From an uncultured Desulfatitalea sp. (GTDB lineage: Bacteria; Desulfobacterota; Desulfobacteria; Desulfobacterales; Desulfosarcinaceae): 64,000 nt of DNA. Made by a program: the position numbers and the translations under genes. The stretch is taken from the NCBI GenBank assembly GCA_963668675.2, contig CAXXMB010000002.1:2272001-2336000 (forward strand), in the 5' to 3' direction. Below, in pieces: positions 59,653 through 64,000 of the stretch. Below the pieces are notes generated by a model. That model did no database searches, was not told the origin of the DNA, and saw only the letters and a list, made by a program, of their open reading frames with translations. The first letter of the stretch is position 1. The number at the start of each line of letters is the position of its first letter.

Positions 59653-60435
59653 ATGGATGAAAAACTGGTGAAATGTGAGGTCGACGATGGCATTGCAACC
59701 GTCATCTTGAATCGGCCCGAGGTGATGAATTCGTTCAATTTTGCGATGCTCAGGGCCCTGGAGGCGCAGATGGCCTTGCTTCGTTTCGACACCTCCGCCC
59801 GTGTGATTATCGTCACGGGGGCCGGGGATCGGGCCTTCAGCGCCGGAGCCGATCTTAAGGAGCGGGCTGGCATGTCCCCCGACGAGGTCAAGGCGTTCAT
59901 CTACACCATCCGCCGCCTCATGGATGATGTCGAGCAGTTCCCCCGGCCGGTGATCGCAGCGGTCAACGGCGTTGCCCTGGGCGGCGGCACCGAACTGGCC
60001 CTGGCCTCCGACATTCGTTTGGCTTCGGAGACGGCGACCATGGGACTGACCGAGGCACGGCTGGCCATCATCCCGGGTGCCGGCGGTACCCAGCGCCTGC
60101 CGCGACTGGTGGGCAGAGGCGTGGCCAAGGAGTTGATTTTCACCGGGCGTCGCATCGATGCCCGCAAGGCTCTGAAAATCGGTATGGTCAACCATGTATA
60201 CCCGGCCGGCGATCTGATGGAGGAGGCCCGCTGCCTGGCTCGCGAAATTTGCCAGTCCGGACCCGTGGCCGTGGAGCAGGCCAAATATGCCATCAACCGT
60301 GGTCTGGAGACAGACTTGGCTACCGGTCTGGCCATCGAGTCAAACGCATACTGGTTGTGCATACCCACAGAAGATCGGTTGGAAGGACTTGCCGCCTTCA
60401 GAGAGAAGCGCAAGCCAATTTATAAAGGAAGATAG
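59653..60435 (+). CDS. Enoyl-CoA hydratase (methylglutaconyl-CoA hydratase-like)
   Basis: FSAGADLKER, ALGGGTE, PGAGGTQRLPR. Confidence 0.93.
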   Translation: MDEKLVKCEVDDGIATVILNRPEVMNSFNFAMLRALEAQMALLRFDTSARVIIVTGAGDRAFSAGADLKERAGMSPDEVKAFIYTIRRLMDDVEQFPRPVIAAVNGVALGGGTELALASDIRLASETATMGLTEARLAIIPGAGGTQRLPRLVGRGVAKELIFTGRRIDARKALKIGMVNHVYPAGDLMEEARCLAREICQSGPVAVEQAKYAINRGLETDLATGLAIESNAYWLCIPTEDRLEGLAAFREKRKPIYKGR

Positions 60436-60476
60436 TAAGAAGTTTAAAGTGAAGGAATTTTATCGTTAAAACGGAT

Positions 60477-60502
60477 GTAGGGGCGGGGTTCATCCCCGCC
60501 CG
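60477..60502 (+). repeat. Single GTAG-family REP
   Basis: GTAGGGGCGGGGTTCATCCCCGCCCG. Confidence 0.8.
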
Positions 60503-60574
60503 AGCAACAGCACCGAGGCCATGAATTGTTCTATATAAAAAGACATTCACAAAATAACGATTGAGGGTAACGCC

Positions 60575-61741
60575 ATGACAGAATACGATTATTGGAAGAT
60601 ATTTCCGCGCATGCCGCGCAAGGTGACCATCGGTGACATCACCATCCGGGATGGGTTTCAGCACTTGGAGAAGTTCATCTCCACCCGGGCGAAGAAGTTT
60701 TACCTGGAGGAGCTGATCTTTGCCGGCTGCCGCAACATCGAAGTGACCAACTTGGGCAATCCCTACCTTATGCCCCAGTTCAGCGATGCCGAAGAGCTTC
60801 TCAGGCATCTGCGCAGCCAACGTTTCAAGGACCGCTGCGCGCGCAAAGGGGTCAATTACGATGAGGTGGTCCTCACGGCCATCACCATCCGCGAGCCGGC
60901 GGTGGATCGCGCCATTCGGCTTCATGAAGAGGGTATCGGCCCGGACCGGGTATTGATGATGGTCTCTACCGAGGAGGAGCACCACTTCGCCAATTCGGGC
61001 TGCACCCTGCCCGAGTATTGGGAGGAGGCCGAGCGCAGTATTCAAAAGTGCCGGGATGCCGGCATCAAGATGTGCGGGACGGTGAGCACCATCTGGGGAA
61101 GCCCCATCGGCGGTGCGACCCGGCTGGAAGATGCCGTGGAGTTTACCAAGCGCTGGCTGGAGATCGGCGCCGACGATATCGAGCATGCCGACCATGACGG
61201 CAGCGCATCGGCACCGGACGTCTACCGCTACTTTGCCATGATCCTCGACGAGATTCCCGACACGAGTTTGCACGTCGCCCACTTCCATGAAACCAAACGG
61301 GTGGCGTCGGCATCGGTACTGGCCGCTTTGCAGGCGGGCATCTGCTACTTCGAAGCAACCCTGGGCGGTCTGGGTGGTCAGCCGGCCAATTTCCTGGATG
61401 ACTGCCCGGTGCCCGGCACCGGAGAATACTACTACAACGACCCCCGTTATGTCGGGCTGACCTGTCTGGAGGATATGCTGGTGCAGATCGACGAAATGGG
61501 CATCGAACATGGCTACAATGTGGATCGCATTCTCTGGCTGGGGAGTCAGCTGGAGCGCACCGTGGGCCATCGCCTGCGCAGCGAGGCCGCGATCAACGGA
61601 CGTACGCTCAAAGAGGGGCACCCCCGCTTTGCCCGTCCGGGGCTTGGGCCGCGCAAGGAGAAACGCGGCGAGGCGTCGGGCCAGAAGCTGCCCGACGGGT
61701 GGGGAGCTGAAGCGGTTCTGCCCGAGCACTTGCGACCGTAA
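60575..61741 (+). CDS. HMG-CoA lyase-like DRE-TIM metallolyase
   Basis: IRDGFQ, AHFHET, LGGLGG, LEDML. Confidence 0.85.
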   Translation: MTEYDYWKIFPRMPRKVTIGDITIRDGFQHLEKFISTRAKKFYLEELIFAGCRNIEVTNLGNPYLMPQFSDAEELLRHLRSQRFKDRCARKGVNYDEVVLTAITIREPAVDRAIRLHEEGIGPDRVLMMVSTEEEHHFANSGCTLPEYWEEAERSIQKCRDAGIKMCGTVSTIWGSPIGGATRLEDAVEFTKRWLEIGADDIEHADHDGSASAPDVYRYFAMILDEIPDTSLHVAHFHETKRVASASVLAALQAGICYFEATLGGLGGQPANFLDDCPVPGTGEYYYNDPRYVGLTCLEDMLVQIDEMGIEHGYNVDRILWLGSQLERTVGHRLRSEAAINGRTLKEGHPRFARPGLGPRKEKRGEASGQKLPDGWGAEAVLPEHLRP

Positions 61742-61861
61742 GCCGGTCTATTATATGGTGGTGTTGGCATGGGTATTCGAATCGACAGAATACCTTTATT
61801 TGGAATGTTGCACTTTATACTTTAAACTTCCTCCCTCAAAACGGGAGGCAGGAGGCGTACC

Positions 61862-62497
61862 ATGGCACCGGAAGAGAAGCGGCCCATCAATGTGGATTAC
61901 TTCGAGGATCTGACCGGCGACATTGCATCCTGCGACGATGCGTGCCGGGAGCAGATCGGCGATCGGATCAGGACGTTGCGTGAAGAGAAGGGGTTGACCC
62001 TGGCCGACCTCTCCCAGTTGACCGGGTTCGAAGCCACCATGCTGGCAGACATCGAAAGCAACGCGATCAGTCCCCAACTCGGCACCATCATCAAACTCAG
62101 CAAAGCGCTGGACAGCGCCCTGCAGCGCCTGCTCTCCGGCGAGGGTGAAAAACTCTATGCCATCACACGCAAAGATGAGCGCAAAGTGGTTTCACGCTCT
62201 TCGGCCACACGCAGCGAACGCCCGGCCTACACTTACATGAGTCTGGCGCCGGAGGTCAAAGGCCGTCACATGGAAGCCCTGCTGGTGGAACTGGAGGCCC
62301 TCCCCGATCAGGAGCGTTCGGTGCACGCCGGAGAAGAGTTTATCTATGTACTCGATGGTATCGTTGAACTTCTCATCGGCGAAGAGCAGTTCGAGCTGCA
62401 TCCCGGAGACAGCGTCTACTACCTCTCCACGACTCCCCACCTGTTGACGGCCAAGGAGGGAAGAGCGAAAATTCTGGCGGTGATCTACTCCGCCTAG
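61862..62497 (+). CDS. XRE-family HTH regulator with cupin domain
   Basis: IGDRIRTLRE HTH; HAGEEFIYVL..GDSVYY..PH. Confidence 0.92.
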   Translation: MAPEEKRPINVDYFEDLTGDIASCDDACREQIGDRIRTLREEKGLTLADLSQLTGFEATMLADIESNAISPQLGTIIKLSKALDSALQRLLSGEGEKLYAITRKDERKVVSRSSATRSERPAYTYMSLAPEVKGRHMEALLVELEALPDQERSVHAGEEFIYVLDGIVELLIGEEQFELHPGDSVYYLSTTPHLLTAKEGRAKILAVIYSA

Positions 62498-62656
62498 TAG
62501 GGTTCGTCACGGACGTATGGGATCGGTGACCCTGCACCTTTCGCTGCAAGGTATCTGCCTCGACACAGACGCCAGATCTGCTTCGTTTTGAATGCTTGAA
62601 AAAAGGAAAAAATTCGACTATCGAAACGAAACGGACGCCAACCAACGGATATCAAT

Positions 62657-64000
62657 ATGGGCAAGGAAGCCGAAACACTCCCCTTTCACACTTGCGTGTC
62701 ACCCGAAGGGCGATTTGTTTATGGGCTGCACCAGCCCCGATTTGCGGCTGTCAATTTGCGTGCCGGGGACTATCACCATCGCTTGGGCCGCACCTTGGAT
62801 GGCCAATCCTGCACCAATAGTTCCAATTTCCCAGCCGGCGATGTAACAGAACCGGCGGCCGACCCCATTTTCGAAATTGCCAACCCGTTTCCTTTTCGAG
62901 GCACCACCTATATCGGCAAAAGGTGGGCCGACCGCACGGCCGGGGATGTGAGCCGAATCGTCATCCCCGAAAGACCAGAAGTCTCCCTGACACAGCATCT
63001 GCGCCAAAGCCCAGTTGGACGACGCAGTGACGAAGATGAGCTGCAGGGCCTGGTGTCGGGTCTGCCGCGTCCGTTGCAGCTGGCCGTGGCGGCCACCTCC
63101 ACCGACCCGGCCGATCTGATTCCATTGGTCGATGTCTGCTGCCTGTTGGAGCGGTGTCCCGAGACCGGTGACCCCATCGGATTGATCTACTCCACGGATG
63201 ACGAAGGTCACAGTAGAGCCAAAGTGTTCGACGAACCACTGTTCGATACTCTGGCCAACAACCCGGCCCTGCCCGATCGCTACCGAGAGGTGATGGTGCT
63301 GCGCCCCGGCGCCCAGGGGAGGAGTGAAATTGTGGGCGAATGGCGCCGTGAAGGGAGTCATGCCTTCGAATACTTGCGGCGAAACAGCTACATCCCCTGG
63401 GGCCACTACGCAGCCAACATGGCCGACGATGCGGTCCGTTACGCCGTGGGGCAGTTGATACCCGAAGATATCTTCGGCATGCGTCACCTCTACTATCAGC
63501 GCACCTATGTCCGTCTGGCCGACATGCTGCATCTTTCCATTCCGGCCGCGCGTCGGGAGCTGACCCCGACCGAACTGGAGCGGGTGCGACAATCGATTGT
63601 CTCGACCCTTGCCACAGCCGACCGGGACCGACTGCCATTTACAGCCACCCTGTGGGGCTGGAACTATGGCTTCGACTACGCACCCAACGGCTATCGGCTG
63701 CACGCATCCCACCAACAGATTCACCAGCAGTATGCATTGGTTCCCTCCAGGGTGCCGGCGGTCGCTGGCGAAACGGACAGCGCCTTGGACGCCTATGCCT
63801 GCGGCGATATGATTCACGCCTTTATCGAAAGGTATCGCGAACAGACCGGCCGGTCGTTTTTCGACTGCTATCTGGAGGCCATTGCCGCCAACCGGCGCAT
63901 GGACGGGCATCCCGACCGGCCCCATGATCTGGTCGTCTATCAGGATGACGATGTGCTTCTCTTCGTGCCCAAGGCGCAAACCTCCCAGTGGGAACTGCAA
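62657..64000 (+). CDS. Hypothetical protein (runs off window; absent from ORF track)
   Basis: Reading frame from ATG 62657: MGKEAETLPFHTCVSPEGRFVYGLHQP...NPFPFRGTTY...LHASHQQIHQQY...LFVPKAQTSQWELQ. Confidence 0.8.
   Translation, partial: MGKEAETLPFHTCVSPEGRFVYGLHQPRFAAVNLRAGDYHHRLGRTLDGQSCTNSSNFPAGDVTEPAADPIFEIANPFPFRGTTYIGKRWADRTAGDVSRIVIPERPEVSLTQHLRQSPVGRRSDEDELQGLVSGLPRPLQLAVAATSTDPADLIPLVDVCCLLERCPETGDPIGLIYSTDDEGHSRAKVFDEPLFDTLANNPALPDRYREVMVLRPGAQGRSEIVGEWRREGSHAFEYLRRNSYIPWGHYAANMADDAVRYAVGQLIPEDIFGMRHLYYQRTYVRLADMLHLSIPAARRELTPTELERVRQSIVSTLATADRDRLPFTATLWGWNYGFDYAPNGYRLHASHQQIHQQYALVPSRVPAVAGETDSALDAYACGDMIHAFIERYREQTGRSFFDCYLEAIAANRRMDGHPDRPHDLVVYQDDDVLLFVPKAQTSQWELQ

Overview
A GC-rich chromosomal segment. 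Gene content (HdrL, Sec-MvhD, tetraheme cytochrome c3, many sigma-54 signals) suggests a sulfate-reducing Desulfobacterales-type bacterium; this is an inference. In order it carries: a TonB receptor/ExbBD/TonB operon, a sigma-54-driven TorF-like porin, Moco and pyrR genes, a YgiQ radical SAM gene, and a decayed integron (about 9.7-15.3 kb). The integron has about 7 AT-rich cassettes, 5 recognisable attC sites, an internally deleted intI and a MITE-disrupted cassette. Next come abfD and two-component genes, then a sigma-54-controlled hdrL-mvhD-metV-metF operon lacking hdrBC, in which mvhD has an in-frame UGA plus a SECIS-like hairpin (a selenoprotein truncated in the ORF track). The rest holds gctAB-like CoA transferase genes, a USP/SLC13/YIP1/CBS module, orphan BtrH and hotdog genes, pqiAABC, ExeA-TPR/LysM, moaEC-mltA, tatBC, cytochrome c3, and an icmF/TetR/branched-chain acyl-CoA catabolic cluster. 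Several REP/REPIN and MITE-like families occupy intergenic spaces. All protein calls come from motif recognition by eye; no database search was run.
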